A stretch of 64,000 nucleotides of DNA from Callorhinchus milii (Eukaryota). Positions 38,712 to 51,880 of the stretch are shown piece after piece. The notes beneath the pieces are model-generated. The model saw only the letters and a program-made list of their open reading frames with translations, ran no database searches and was not told the DNA's origin. Location of the stretch: positions 112,780,001 to 112,844,000 of the forward strand of contig NW_024704742.1 in assembly GCF_018977255.1 (NCBI RefSeq), written 5' to 3'. Within the stretch, counting starts at the first letter, position 1. Each line of letters opens with the position of its first letter. The position numbers were made by a program, and so were the translations under genes.

Positions 38712-38999
38712 ATAATATAGCTTGTAGCCTTTGGTGCACATGACTTTTTAAGACCTGGGGATCCAGAAGCATATTGCGTCCATGGAGTCTGATTACATGG
38801 AGTTCCTGAGGACTGAACTAATGCTTGGAGTATATTCTCTTTTCTTTTCATGTTTGCAGATCCTCTGATTGCATTTATTAATTTAAGCTAATTACCCCTA
38901 GTATCCAAGCTGTAATAGCATAAGGTTTGCCTTGAGAGTGGACAATGGCGAGCATTTGTAATGATACTGGAGGAGGAACAGATAAAAGAGGCATAGAAG

Positions 39000-39462
39000 A
39001 GGGTGGAGGGCAGGGGAGGAAGGAGGGTGATCAAAAACACGGTCGAAGAGGAGGATCCTGACATGGATCTTGAAGGAGGCAAGGGAGGGGGTGAGGTGGA
39101 GGGACTTTGGGATGGAGTTCCAGACATTGAGAGCAAAGTGGCAGAAGGCCCACCCGCCAATGATGGGGCGAGCGAGGCGGGCAACATGAAGCAGACCGGA
39201 GCCTGCTGAGCAGACGGAGTGGACAGGATGACAGGGGGTTAGGAAGTTGCAGAGGTAGGGGGGCGCGAGGCCATGGAGGGCTTTGAAGGTGAGGACCAAG
39301 ATCTTAAACTGTATCTCTGTGTGATGGGAAGCCAGTGGAATCTGGTGTGGATGGGGGTGATAGGGTCACCCCAACCCGTGATAGGGTCACCGAGCCTGTG
39401 TGGGAAAGGACACGGGCTGCAGAGTTCTGGATGATCTGTAGCCTTTGGGGGAGGAGTTGGGG
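39000..39462 (-). mobile_element. L2-A fragment
   Basis: LTFKALHGLAPPYL..WNSIPKSL..LFDRVF. Confidence 0.9.
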
Positions 39463-39869
39463 ATACAGTAATAAGTCCTGCGCTGTCTTATCCGGGAAAT
39501 TCTATCTTGTTATACTCTATGGTTTGTGTAGCATTCCTGTCCTGTCAGTTTGTGTGATACTATATTTGCATTTGAAAATTGACTGAACTTCTTGCATAGC
39601 TTCTGCCACACAATAAGATGTTCAAATGAAAAATATAACAGTTTAAAAAGCAGTAAAAACCTAACGGCTCTGTTTCTGGATTGTTCCACCTAATCTCCTT
39701 ATGGCATCACTCCACAGGCCAGATGGTAAATGATCTGGAAGCATTATTTCAAACAAACGTAGTCCACTGAAAGAAGGACCAATCATAAATCATACACATT
39801 GTGTAAATCCTAGCAGTGGGTGGTTTGTAGAAAATGAACTATTCCTGCTGTGGCTAACATGGCTACTGA

Positions 39870-40130
39870 TCAGAAGGATGTTAAAGATCCCTTGGCACTA
39901 TTTGAAAAGAGAAGGGAGTTTTTCCCGGCATTCTGACCAACAATCTCCCGAATAAGATTAACCTTTCACTTAATGACTGTTTGTGGGACATTGCTGTTTG
40001 CAAATTTGTTTCTGCTTTCACCCACAAAATACACTGTCCTCCTAAAATGCAAGGAATTTAATTTATCTCTAACTGTAAAGCTCCTTGAGATGTTTTGAAA
40101 TGATAAAGCACTATAAAAATGCCAGTTCTT
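39870..40130 (+). mobile_element. Deu-domain SINE 3' half
   Basis: gatgttaaagatcccttggcactatttgaaaagag...tgtttgtgggacattgctg...aaagcactataaaaatgc. Confidence 0.75.
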
Positions 40131-43100
40131 TGAATCTAATGTCTGGGCCGATTGGTGCTACCTGCTCCCAAAGTGCATTCCTTGCATAATCACTTTCTAT
40201 TAAGTGAACAACCCATTTGGTATAACCTTCCATTCATTCATTTGAAGTGTTGACTTGTCAGGAATTCACAGTGAGATAATGATAAGAACCTCCTATTGCT
40301 CAATTTGTTGCATACTTGAAATTGTAATGGAAATTGCAGATACAATTATGTTTTGCTGTAATCAGATTGATGAAATGGCAGAAGCCATGCAATGCAGCAC
40401 ATTATATTGAAGGTCACTGCATGGAAAATGATATTCTTGCTCTTCATAGCAGCTCTATTAATGATTTGTTATACTGATACAGTTGGCATTGCACAGTATA
40501 AATTTCTCACAATGTAATATGAGATTGACCAGCAGATTCTTAAAATGATGTTAGTCCTTTAGTCAATCAAAACGATATTGATAAGCTATTATACTATACA
40601 TACAACTGATATGCATAGTTCAGATACAAGAGTCAAATCCTTCTTCTGGTATGTTGACGAATGATCTTTTTCCTTCAGTAGCGGGGTCTTGCTTTCCTTA
40701 TTAATGTTATTGTGTTCACCACTTTTATACTGTAATCTCATGTCAGCCTCTGATGATGTCTTGCATTTTCAAAGAAACTGCTCAGGACCACTTCATGCTG
40801 GTTCCTTAACTTGGTTTTATCTTTTAAATCCCTTATCAACATCCCTCTCGCATCCTGCTTCCAGGAGCCATCTGTGTCTGTTACCATAACATTCTCCTCT
40901 CTCAAGGCTGAAAAACGAGCAGGCTATAGAACAACTCCTGCATAGTCTCTCTCTTCTCTCTCTCTCTCTATCAGTTTTTTTTACACATGGAAAAACAGGC
41001 TGCTTGAGGTCACTGGTTGCTCAAGATGAGTAAGGAGTTGGTTGCTGCTGTACCTTTCCTTTTTGTCAGGATACACTGAGTGTGAGTACAACGCACACCT
41101 AGCAAAAACACCAGTTTACAGCAGCAGTGCTAAAATAGATGAATTTAAAAATATGATATGACACAAACTGCATTGCCTCATTGGTGCACCAGCCTTCAGA
41201 TGCAAGAGTCAACCACTATGCTGTCTATATACAATACTGTATACAATACAATTTATATTTATATAGCGCCTTTCACATCGGCAGGACATCTCAAAACACT
41301 TTACACAGCTGATTGAGCACCCAAACTGTATAGGGTGGGGGGGAACTGAAAAGGGTCTTGAGATGGGTACAGAGAGCTTCAGAGAGTGGGGGAAGAATGG
41401 ATAAAAGCTCGCCTACCAATGGGTGGGGTAAATTGGGCAAGGATCATGAAGCATTTTGTTTTTTATTGTAAGTGGATGTTAATAAACCATATCGTAATTT
41501 GAGTGGATAAATAAATTGCTGAATGATGAGTAATCAGATGAATAATCATGAGTATCATCAACATTGTGAAGCTTGACAATCTCGGTAATGATTTACAACA
41601 CTAACTTAGCAATGGAGAAAGATTTCACAGGGTGGCTATCCAAGGCATTGGTATTCATCATACAATGTAGGGTCCTCATTTACTCTTCAACTAAGATCAG
41701 TGCATCAAGGGTTTCATTCAAGGTCTGACTCAAGGTCTGACTGTGACTTGTTGACAGAGCTCAACGTCAATTTTGCTCGTTCGTTATTTTTTATTTCCAT
41801 TAATGAAAACAATGGAATATTATTAGGGAATAAGTCTTCCCAAAGAACTAGTAAAGCAAGTGAAAATGTTTTAATCAAAAGAAATTGGTTAATAAAACTA
41901 TTGATTTGATTGGTTTTATTCTCATTCTGTGAAGTGTATGAGGCCCAAAATGTCACCTAGTCTTAGCCTCTAAAACTACTGTAAAACTATGTCTTGATAG
42001 TGAAGTTCGGGCACAATTGTGGAAAATATTTAAACTTTATTGGAATTTGGATTTGAGTTCTTTTTAAGAAAAATGCAGAAAAGGTTTTCCAATTTAAGAC
42101 TAAATTTAAGAATTGTTTTACAAATATGCTCATTTATAACTTTAAGACAAAATGGTCTTTCAACAATATCAACAACAACTTGCATTTACATTATGCCTTC
42201 ATGCAGGATAGCATTTTGGAGCACTGAGAAACTTACTAGGCTAAGACTTGGTAAAATTTCAGACTCTACTGTCCACCAGATAGAAATCAACTGGTGACCA
42301 CATTAGGAATTGCAGGTGCGATGAGTCCATAAAGCTACGGATGAGTCCATAAATCTACGGAGCCAAATGCAGATAAGTAAGCCTTTCAGATAAAAGTTGA
42401 ATTCCCATCAACAGCTTGTTCTTTTCGACATTTAATTTTCCACTTTGCATGAACTTTTTCCTTTGGCCACCATAGCTGCTTACAGTTATTAATTGCTGTC
42501 CTCTGTCAAGTCAATAGCAATTCCACAGAGGGTTGCAATGTTGTGTTATTTGAAAGCAGCAGTACAGAATGATAGATCTTCTCAGGTTTCTTGGGAAAGA
42601 TCGAGTTTGCAATTCAGAGGATAGAATCTCATTTTTTTTTAATACTCCAATGTTCTTTTAATAGATTTGATGCACATCATCGTATTGCTCATTGGGAATT
42701 TGACATAGGGATCATGGGCTTTTGTTTCACAGCATTTTATTACTTGCCGAGGAGAGCAAAATGTTATTAAAAGATATTCAGCTGCCTCAAAAAAAAAATA
42801 TTTTTATACTAGCTAGGCATCTTTCAGTTCTTCAATTTTAGAGTCTACACAGAATGGATGATACTGATATTGTCAAATGTTATGGGTCTATTCCCCACAT
42901 AGTCCGCAGCACAAGCTTTTCCGTGGGTCTCAGCTTGGCTGAGATAGCAGCCTCATAACTGGGTTAGTGTATATGGGGCTGTAATGTCTCCAATTATTGC
43001 TCCATCTCCAACCTCCCTTTCTTTTCCAAGGTCATGGAATGAGTTGTTGCTTTTCACTCCTCCCTCTCCTGCCACTCCCTCTACGAACTCTTTCAATCAA

Positions 43101-43804
43101 GTTTCACAGCACAGAAAAGCCCTGGTCAAAGTCACCGATGACATTTTGTAATTTCTTCTGGTTGTTGTCAGCAGAATGTGGGTTTAAATCCCACAGCAAG
43201 ACTTTGAGCTCATTGTCTAAGCTTATACGTCTTATACTAAGCTAGTATAATATTGGGAGAACATAGCATTGTGGAAGATGATGTTCTACAGGTAAGATGG
43301 AAAAACAACTTTCTGCCTGCCTGTTCAGGTAAACTTTAAGGATCTGATGGGGTAGGAATTCTGTTAGACAAATAGTATTGGAGTGACGGATGTTTTTCTT
43401 TACTCAGTGTAATCAACAATTAGAACAGGTTGCCAAGTAGGGTGGTTTGAACTCATTTTAAAAAAAGCAACTATACTATAATGGGAAGCAGGAGAGTAGG
43501 TGTTCTGGAGGGATGAGAACAAATACGCTGAAAGGCCTTTTTCATCAAAGCTAATTGTGTGAATCTCGTAAAGGAGTCTGGGTGGAGTTTGCATTTATTT
43601 TGTTGCTCCAAATCAACAACATATTTCTTTCTTTGAGTGAGAACTGGCAGGCACAAAATTAGACAGCTATTTAATTATTCAATTAAAAGTCATTTTCAGA
43701 ACAAGGCTCTGATCCCAGGTTAGCAATATTAACAACTTTTTAAATAAAGCAGAGGATTCAAAGAGATGGATGTAATCTAGCAGGTGTGGATTCAAGCGCC
43801 ACTT

Positions 43805-44400
43805 CAACAACAACAAATAAATTTTGTATAGTGCCTTTCACGTCAGGAGGTCTTCAAGACTTTGTGCTTACACTCTAAGCTGACACTCCGATGCTATGCT
43901 GGGGGTGGGCTGTATTGTTGCAGGTGCCGGCCTTCGGATGAGACAATAAATCATGGTGCCATTTGTCTGTTCAGGTGTGATCTGAAGATAGGCAAAGAGG
44001 GCACCAGGCAGAGATTGAGGCAGATAGTTCCAGAGTTCTGGAGCTTAGTGGCTGAAAACAGGGGCGCTGATGCTGGAGCTGAGGAGATAAGGGAGGCTCA
44101 AAAGGCTGGAGCCAGCTGAGTGAAGGGAGTGGGTAGAGGTTGGGGTGTTGAAGAGGTATGGAAGAAGTGATTTGTACATGTGTGTGAGCATCTTCAAATC
44201 AGTCCGCTTTGCAGTGGAGTCAGACAATGACTGGGGAATCAGAACTCAATCAATTAGATTTCATGAGCAGTGGACCTGAGGAGACCAACATGGAAGGCAT
44301 TGGAAAAATCAAAGTGAGAGGTGCCAAACATGTGGATAAGGATTTCAGCTGTGTTGGGTGCGAGGCATGGTCGGAGGTGGGTGATGTAGCAGAGGTGGAG
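43805..44400. mobile_element. Composite: L2-A tail (-), Deu SINE core (+, ~43855-43985), old L2 (-)
   Basis: caacaaataaattttgtatagtgcctttcacgtcaggagg; gctgacactcc...ccttcggatgagac; PNTAEILIHMFGTSHFDFSN. Confidence 0.7.
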
Positions 44401-44469
44401 GAAAAGAGAAGCAAGTTTATCTGTTGGGTTAACCATCCCCAAATAAAATTGGTCATTCACAGCTCAATT

Positions 44470-45050
44470 GGCTCCAAGGTGATATATTTGAGAGCGGAAT
44501 GTCAGAATCAAGCCAGTCCTCTGAGGCAGTCTTGATAGACTGGGTCCTGATCCAGGCAGGTCTGCAGTATTCCAGAGCACAGCTGATGACAGCACAGTCA
44601 GCTTGGATCATTGGCAGGACTTGAAAGTGTAGATCAGTCACTTTGGGCAGGGAATCATCACCCTCAGCTCTGCACAAAGCCCTAATGGGTAGGGTGGTCG
44701 TAGATAGCAAAGCAGCGGAAAAGCTTGCCAGACAGAAATATTAATGGCAAGCTACGTGATTTTAGCTGGTTAGACTCCAGCACACTGTGGGGTCCTAAGC
44801 CTTGGCTCTTGCCAACCTGCACCTAATATTTTCCAGAATTCCGGAAAGCAGAATGCATCCCTCCAAGGAGAGGGTGCGCATGCCACTCCAACAATCTATC
44901 TCTCAAATATACATATTTAGGTGGGATGCCTGGAAATCTCAGTTTAGTTTGGATACTTTGGGGCATGAAGATGGGTTTCCGCATGTGTCAGACACCTGGA
45001 GCACTTGATCATGGTGGAGTCTGACCCCAAGCCAGGGGGAGAGGGGACGG
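44470..45050 (-). mobile_element. Old LINE fragment, probably Tx1/L1-clade ORF2 C-terminus
   Basis: Across frameshifts: YFCLASFSAALL/IYDHP, TDLHFQVL/SKLTV, QDCL..ITLE, resembling Tx1 FCLHFSPTLLIYGHP..DLLVNLLLGLAKLAI..DCL..VSLE (from memory); partly homologous to 19200-19440. Confidence 0.5.
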
Positions 45051-45084
45051 GAAGTGTCTGTAAGCACGATCAAAAAAGAAGGTC

Positions 45085-45350
45085 TTTAGGTGGGATTCAA
45101 AAGTTGGGAGGGAGGGAGCAAGATGGAGAGATTGAGAGAGAAAGTTCCAGAGTTTCGGGACATAGTGCCTGAAGGCATGGCCACCGATGGTGGAGCGGAG
45201 GGGACAAGGAAAGAAGAGGGGGCCGGAGCCAGCTGAGAGGAAGCATAACTATAGCCAAAGAGGTACATTTCAAGACATGCCTTGAACAAGAGGACGGAGG
45301 AAGCAAATTGGAGGGTCTCCAAGATGGAGTTCCAGAGAATAGCTGAAAGC
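45085..45350 (-). mobile_element. Old L2 3' fragments
   Basis: agttccagagtttcgggacatagtgcctgaaggcatggccaccgatgg, as in the other L2-B copies. Confidence 0.75.
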
Positions 45351-46319
45351 CTACCTGCAGATGACAGGGGAATATGATGCTGGCGATTTCAATTTTTTCA
45401 ATTTTTAACCATTTTAATAAAATTGGTCATTCACATTTCAATTGACCATTTAAATTTTTTAATTCATTAAAAATGATTCGCGCAAATGGAACATAACGCT
45501 ATGAAGCCTCTTAGTACCTTTTACGAAGTGTGTTACCTCTAGGTGATGTAGGCAAACCAAAGTGAAAGAGGAGGAACTATAAAAAAACAGTAACACACAG
45601 TGGTCTGAGAAACTGGAACTAAAATGAGACAGGAAACGTTGAATGTTTAAATCAGCAGGGATCAATAGTAATTCAAAACTTTCAATTCAGCTTGCAATGA
45701 TTCATTTTTTGTTAAAAAAAAGTGTTACCTTTCTGGCTCCAACTATAATTGGCAGAAACATGGCTAGTGTTCAGCTATCATATAAACAAAAGCCTCAGGG
45801 ATGACTGCAGCATTGTTCTGCTAATATACTTAGGGGTAAAAAAATGCGCAACATGTTATCACAGTACTATGAATTGTGGTCTGACCAGTGAATAACTCGG
45901 ATTGAACAAAAACAGCACTTAAACTCCAAGCGTAACAACAATAATGGTGACTACCAGTCGCTTCAGGTCAAGCTATTGTGCTAAGGTTGGTGTGAGTCAC
46001 TTCACATTTCTCTATATTAAATTTTATCTGCACCTACCCATCCCTTCTGTAAATCTGTTTATGTTTACTTGCATCTTTCTGTAATCTTTTTGTTATTTAT
46101 CATATCATTAATCAATTTAGAATTAGAATAATCCTGACAATTGATATAGCTTTGATAGCTTTCACTTTGGGAGGACATCTAAAAGCATTTCACAAGATAT
46201 GTAGCAAATTGGAGTGACAGTATAACAGTCTCTTTCTGCCCTATCTTCACTGCTGCCAATTTCATTCTTATATTTTTATCAGTCTTCGTTGACAAAAAAT
46301 ACCTACTGACGAATGACGA

Positions 46320-46755
46320 AGTTCTGACGAATAATAATAATAATAATTCTTGCATTTGATATAGCGCTTTTCACATCTTCTAGATGTCTCAAAAAGCTTC
46401 ACAGAATAGACTGTAAAATGAATTGACTGTATATTTGTGGGCGAAATGTGGCAGCCAATTGCACACAGCAGTGTCCCATGAACAGTCGTGGATTTAAGTG
46501 ACCAATTTATTATAATTATTATTATTATTATTTTCTTTTCTTGAGGGATTATTATCAGGAGTGCAGAATAAGGAAACTTGCCCAAGGATTCGCCCTGCTG
46601 GGAATCGAATCCAGGTCTCTCGCTTGCAAAGTGAGTACTTTAATCACTGAGCTACAGGATGAAGAATTGTGGACCCGAAACGCTGACTTACTTTCCTTTC
46701 TCCATAGATGTTGCCTGACCTGCTGAATGTTCCCAGTAACTTCTGTTTTTGTTTC
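46320..46755 (+). mobile_element. Penelope-like terminal repeat remnant with hammerhead-ribozyme core, split by the SINE
   Basis: agttctgacga | SINE | agaattgtggacccgaaacgctgact...tccatagatgttgcctgacctgctgaatgttcccag; a very degraded relative lies at ~4195-4315. Confidence 0.6.
46331..46659 (-). mobile_element. tRNA-Ala SINE (TAGAA-loop tail) inserted into a Penelope-type repeat
   Basis: Nearly full SINE; flanks gacgaa (46326-46331) and gatgaa (46658-46663) look like a TSD. Confidence 0.93.
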
Positions 46756-47062
46756 ATTGTGAGCATACTTCATTAGGGATCACAGCCAATCCTAATCCTT
46801 TCCTCATCTGATGTTCAACAATAATTTGCATTTATTATGGCTCTCCTCACACGGGTGCATCTTGAGGGCTTAACAATTGCGGAGATTGATGCCAAACCTG
46901 GGAGAGGGGGGAGGTGACCATAGGCACAGTCAAAGAGGAAGGTCTTCAGATGCAATCTATAAACAGGCAATAAGGGAGCAAGGTAGAGGGATTGAGGCAG
47001 AGAGTTCCAGCGGTTCAGGGCAAGTCCAACAATTATGGCGTGGAGGACACGATGGACATGCA

Positions 47063-47733
47063 GAACAACAACAAGATTAAATTTGTATAGCGCCTTTCAC
47101 ATCGGGAGGACGTCCCAAGGCGCTGGACAGAATACAGCATTTCAGACCTGAGCTGGGGTTAGGGGTGTAAGGGAGGGGAGGGGAAGGGGGCTGGCCGATA
47201 GCATGGTCAAAGATGAGGGTCTTGAGGTGGGACTTGAAGGAGGCTAAGGAGGGGGAGAGGTGGAGTGACTGGGGGTTGGAATTCCAGAGGTTGGAGGCAG
47301 AGTGGCTGAAGGCTCTCCCACCAATGGTGAGGCGGGTGGGTTGGGGGACGTGGAGCAGGCCAGAGCCAGCTGAGCGGAGGGAATGGGTGGATTGGTAGGC
47401 AGTTAGGAGGTCACAGAGGTAGGTTGGGGTGAAGCCATGGAGGGCTTTGTAAGTGAGGACCAGGATCTTGAACTGGATCCTCTGAAGGATAGGGAGTCAG
47501 TGGAGTTAGGTGAGAGTGGGAGAGATGGGATCACAGAGTTTGGTCCGGGAGAGGACACAGGCTGCAGAGTTCTGGATTATCTGCAGCCTGTGGAGGGAGG
47601 AGTTGGGAAGGCCGACAAGTAGGGCGTTTGCATAGTCGAGCCTGGAGGTGATGAAGGCATGAACAAGAATTTCAGCGGCCTGAGGGGTGAGGTAGTGGTG
47701 GAGTCGGGCGATGTTATGGAGGTGAAGGAAGGC
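47063..47733 (-). mobile_element. L2-A 3' part with tail
   Basis: Closely similar to 26778-27420; tail agcgccttgggacgtcctcccgatgtgaaaggcgctatac. Confidence 0.95.
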
Positions 47734-48867
47734 TGGAGTCAGATGAATAAAGGGGATGGGTGCTGGAAGGGGGAATAAGCAGATCAGAGGTAGGTAGGTG
47801 CTAGAGCAAGAATTGATATGTAAGTAACTCTGAGGGTCTTGAAATTGATCCTTTCTGTAATCGTCAATCAGTGAATTCTGAGGAGATGAAGCCTGATACA
47901 GGTGAGAATATGAGTCTGGGATCAGTATGTGTATTCACACATACACCACTTTCCAGCAAGAATTAGTGTAGAGACTAGAGGCTTACCTAATCCTGGATAT
48001 TTTAGCCATTGGTTAACAAAAGCCAAGGCTTGGGGGCCCTGAATATGCATCAGGATCCTACTAGAGTTTAACCAGCTAAACCATAGAGGCTACCATTATG
48101 AACACTGACAAGCTTCCTGCTGTTTGTCCAGCTTGCACCACCCTACGCATTAGGCCTTTGGCTTGCAGGGTTATCTGGGCAGAGATTCAACATGGATGTG
48201 CAATCATCCCACCCTGCTGAATTTGAATGGAGTGAGCATCTAGGCAGGAGAATGCCTTTCCACTGAAAATAAATAACCTGTGTGTTTTTTAAACATATTT
48301 TAACATGAAAAAATAAACACCATCTGTTCTTTTCTAGGACAAAATACCATCCAAATCAATGTGGAACCCAATTGCCAGGAATATTGTTTCTGCATCAATT
48401 TACTTTTAACTGTTTTGATTAAGGTTTCTCTATCCAAAACCTCATTTCCTGTTTCAATGCACAGTTACTGCTTTCAAAATGCCAACTGCATAATTTCCTT
48501 TTGATCTTTCAGATTTTAAGCATTGGAAATAAAAACAAAATTCTTGATTCAAAGTTTCACCCTGTGGTTTTCACAAACATGGATGAAAAGCACTTCACAA
48601 TTATTGTTTATGGAAAGAACCTTTAAATTGACTTAGAGTAATTTTCATCTGTATTATGGTGTTTATAAGTGTCCTCTGATATGAACAAAGGTAGGTTTTC
48701 CGTCAGTGATCAATTTAAAGTTATATATACAAACACCACAACTTTTGCCACAGCTGTCAGATCAGTTAAGCAGCTGATCTGACATCTCAAACATGCAGTT
48801 AACTTGCAAAAACAAAAAACACATTCTTTTCTTTCTCTTCCATATCAGATGCTACCTTAGACATTAG

Positions 48868-49936
48868 TCTGCAGACATCAAGTCCTGGATGAGAGCAAAA
48901 TTTCTCCAGTTGAATGTCAACAAGTCTGAGACCCTCCAGCTTGGCTTTCATCAGCGCCTCCACACCTCAGGCGCTGACTGCCTTACTATCCATGGATGGA
49001 TTCTCCACCTCATTGAGTCAGTTAGGAACCTATCTCTCACACTGTCTCCATTGTCTCCACAAATATCTTCTCCTCCAGCCCCCGCACTGTCTTGTCCAGT
49101 TCCTCATGGCTCTATCCTTGGTCCCCTCCACTTCAACTTGTATATGCTCCCTCTTGGTGACATCATCTGCAGACATGGGGTCAACTTCCACATGTATGCA
49201 GATGACACCCAGTTCTATCTCTCTGCCTCCACCCTTGACTCCAGGACCACTGCTGTCCTGATTGAATGTCTGTCAGACTTCAAATCCTGAGTGAGAGCTA
49301 ACTTTCTACAGTTGAACGTCAACAAGACCAAGGCCCTCCTGATTGGCTCCCATCAATGCCTACACTCCTCAGGCACTGGCAGCATCACCATCCAAGGATG
49401 CACCTCACTGAGCCAGTCAGGTGCCTAGGCACCTTATTTGACTCTCAACTATCCTTTCTCCCCCATATCAGTGCCATGACCTGCTCTGCCTTCCCCCACC
49501 TCTGCAACATCACTTGGCTCTCCCATTGCCTCATTTCTCAGACCACCAAAACCATCATCCACTTATTCATCACATCTAGGCTCAACTACGCCCACGCCCT
49601 ACTTATCGGCCTTCCCAACTCTTCCCTCCACAAGCTGCAGATCATCCAGAACTCTGCAGCTTATGTCCTCTCCAGCACGAGGCTCCGTGACCCCATCACC
49701 CACATGTTCACCTGGCTCCATTGGGTCCCCATCCCTCAGAGGAGTTCAAATCCCTCTCCTCACATTCAAGCTCCCCCATGGCCTTACCCCTTCCTACCTC
49801 TGTGACCTGCTAACCCCTTATCAAGCTGTCCACTTCCTCTGCTTAGCAGGCTCTGGCCTCCTCTATGTCTCCTGCCTCACCATCGGCAGGTCAGGCCTTC
49901 AGCCACTCTGCCCGTACCCTTTGGAACTCCATTCCA
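48868..49936 (+). mobile_element. Two fused L2-A fragments (48868-49030; 49031-49936)
   Basis: MRAKFLQLNVNKSE..RNL, then jumps back to [20 protein letters not shown] and repeats the first segment. Confidence 0.9.
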
Positions 49937-51135
49937 CTGAAAATGAAATTTGTACTTATGTATGTTGTATTTATATTTTGGATATTTCGGGACTTTATTA
50001 AAGGTGCTCAACTCGATGCACATTGTTTCACTTTATCCATGGACTTGACCTTCTAGAATGATAGCAAGTGCTATTCAGCATTAAACACATTGAGTGCACA
50101 AATGTTCCTGTTTGTGACTTTGTAATAGCAGTACTGTGAATGGGAAAGTGTCATTTTGTGGGCAGGGATGATAAATGTATCTGCAGCACTCTGTGACCTC
50201 TGGACATCAGGACATGAATTGGCTTGAGCTATTTCAGTGCAGAGCAAAATCTCTTAAGTGGTGAGTGGAGGAAGGGAAATCACATAGGTGTTGGACATGG
50301 TTAAGGACATGCAATTCAACTGATGCCAATGATGCATGGTGGTAAATTGGAGTAGAATTTACTGCTAATCTGAATATAGGCTGTTAAATTGATAGTCCTC
50401 TTTGGTGAACAGCTCGAAGTGTTAATCGACAGGATTTATAACATCCAGTATCTGCCAAAGAAAGGTCAATCTAGTTGTTCTGAAGAGTGAAAGATTGTAA
50501 TGTCCTTTTTTAATTTTAAGAATGTTTCCCATCTTCCGGCAACTTGCATTTCAAGTGGCAGACACCCAAAATTGGAGAGAGGTGATCCCAGGACACTTAG
50601 CTAGTGTCATATCACTTCTCTGAACAGAAACGTGGAGCTGCAGTAAATGATCTACCAGACTGCAGTATCTATCACTTCCCGAGGCAAAAAATGTGACATG
50701 TGATACAGCATACCATCTGAAAAATGTCGTCAAAAAATAGTCAATGGTAGTTACTGGTCTCAGAGAGTGGTTGTGTAACCTCAAGGCTATTGATAACCAT
50801 TTACTGCTCTGACAGAATGTTGGTTAACAGCTTATTTGTTTAGAACAAAACAAAATAGAGATTCGCTCCTCCCCCCACCCCCACCGGAAAAAATTGGATA
50901 ACGTGTAATTGGCTTCAAACAAAAGCAGCTGATGTAAATTCATTCCCTTGAAGAAAAAATGAATAAGAATGTGCCTGCAAACTACATTAGAGGATATAGA
51001 GCCAGGTTAAGACTGAAGTGAATGAATTCTTTGTGAGAGACAATCATTTCTGGGGCTAGTTGAACTGAATGTTGTCTGCGAAGGGGAAGAGGCAAGACTT
51101 ATTGAATGGAGATGAATATTCTTTTGGTTTCAATT

Positions 51136-51433
51136 GTGTCTTGTAGTTCAGTGGTTAAACGCACAAGCGAGAGACCTGTGTTCGATTCCCGGCAGGGTGA
51201 AACCTTGGGCAAGTTTCCTTACTCCACACGCCTGATAATAATCCCTCAGGAAAAAAAATGATAAATTGATCACTTCAATCTACAACTGTTTGTGGGACAC
51301 AGCTGTGCGCAATTGGCTGCCATGTTTTGCCCACAAATATACAGTCAATTCACTTTACAGTATATTCTGCGAAGCGCTTTGAGATGTCTAGAAGACATGA
51401 AAGCACTGTATCAAATGCAAGGATTATTATTAT
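51136..51433 (+). mobile_element. tRNA-Ala SINE, plus strand, TAGAA-loop tail
   Basis: tgtagttcagtggtt..gttcgattccc..ccttgggcaagtttcctt..gagatgtctagaagacatg..ggattattatt. Confidence 0.93.
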
Positions 51434-51607
51434 AATACCTTTTGACCTTTTGGGCTAACAGGGATCTGGAAGATCAAGATTAAATGGACAAAATGGCCAT
51501 CTTCACCTGTGATTACCTCTCTTTGTGATCTTGTGATCTATGTATTCATTTATTTCCTTCAGAAGATAGAGTGGGGTCAGTGACATCTAAGACTGGGTAG
51601 GCCTCCT

Positions 51608-51880
51608 AATTGCCCTTCGTGCCCTCCGCTCTACCATCGGTGGCCATGCCTTCAGCAACTATGCCCCGAAACTCTGGAACTCTCTCCCTCGATCCCTTCG
51701 CTTTGCCTCCCCTGCCTACCTTCAAATCCTGCCAAAATACCTTCCTTTTTGATCAGGCTTATGGTCACCTCCTTGGTTCCTCTCCCCTTAGCTCGTTGTC
51801 AGACTCTGCAACTGTGAAGCGCTCTGGGATGTTAGCCCGCATGAAGAGTGCTATATAAATGCAGGCTGTTGTTGTTATTG
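51608..51880 (+). mobile_element. L2 3' fragment (B-like)
   Basis: ccgaaactctggaactctctccc...gtgaagcgctctgggatgttagcccgcatgaagagtgctatataaatgc. Confidence 0.85.

Noticed and set aside
42321..42360. 20-bp tandem duplication (also 12-bp at 10687-10710 and 41718-41741; 8-bp x3 near 23361)
   Set aside because: Ordinary slippage duplications with no further structure.
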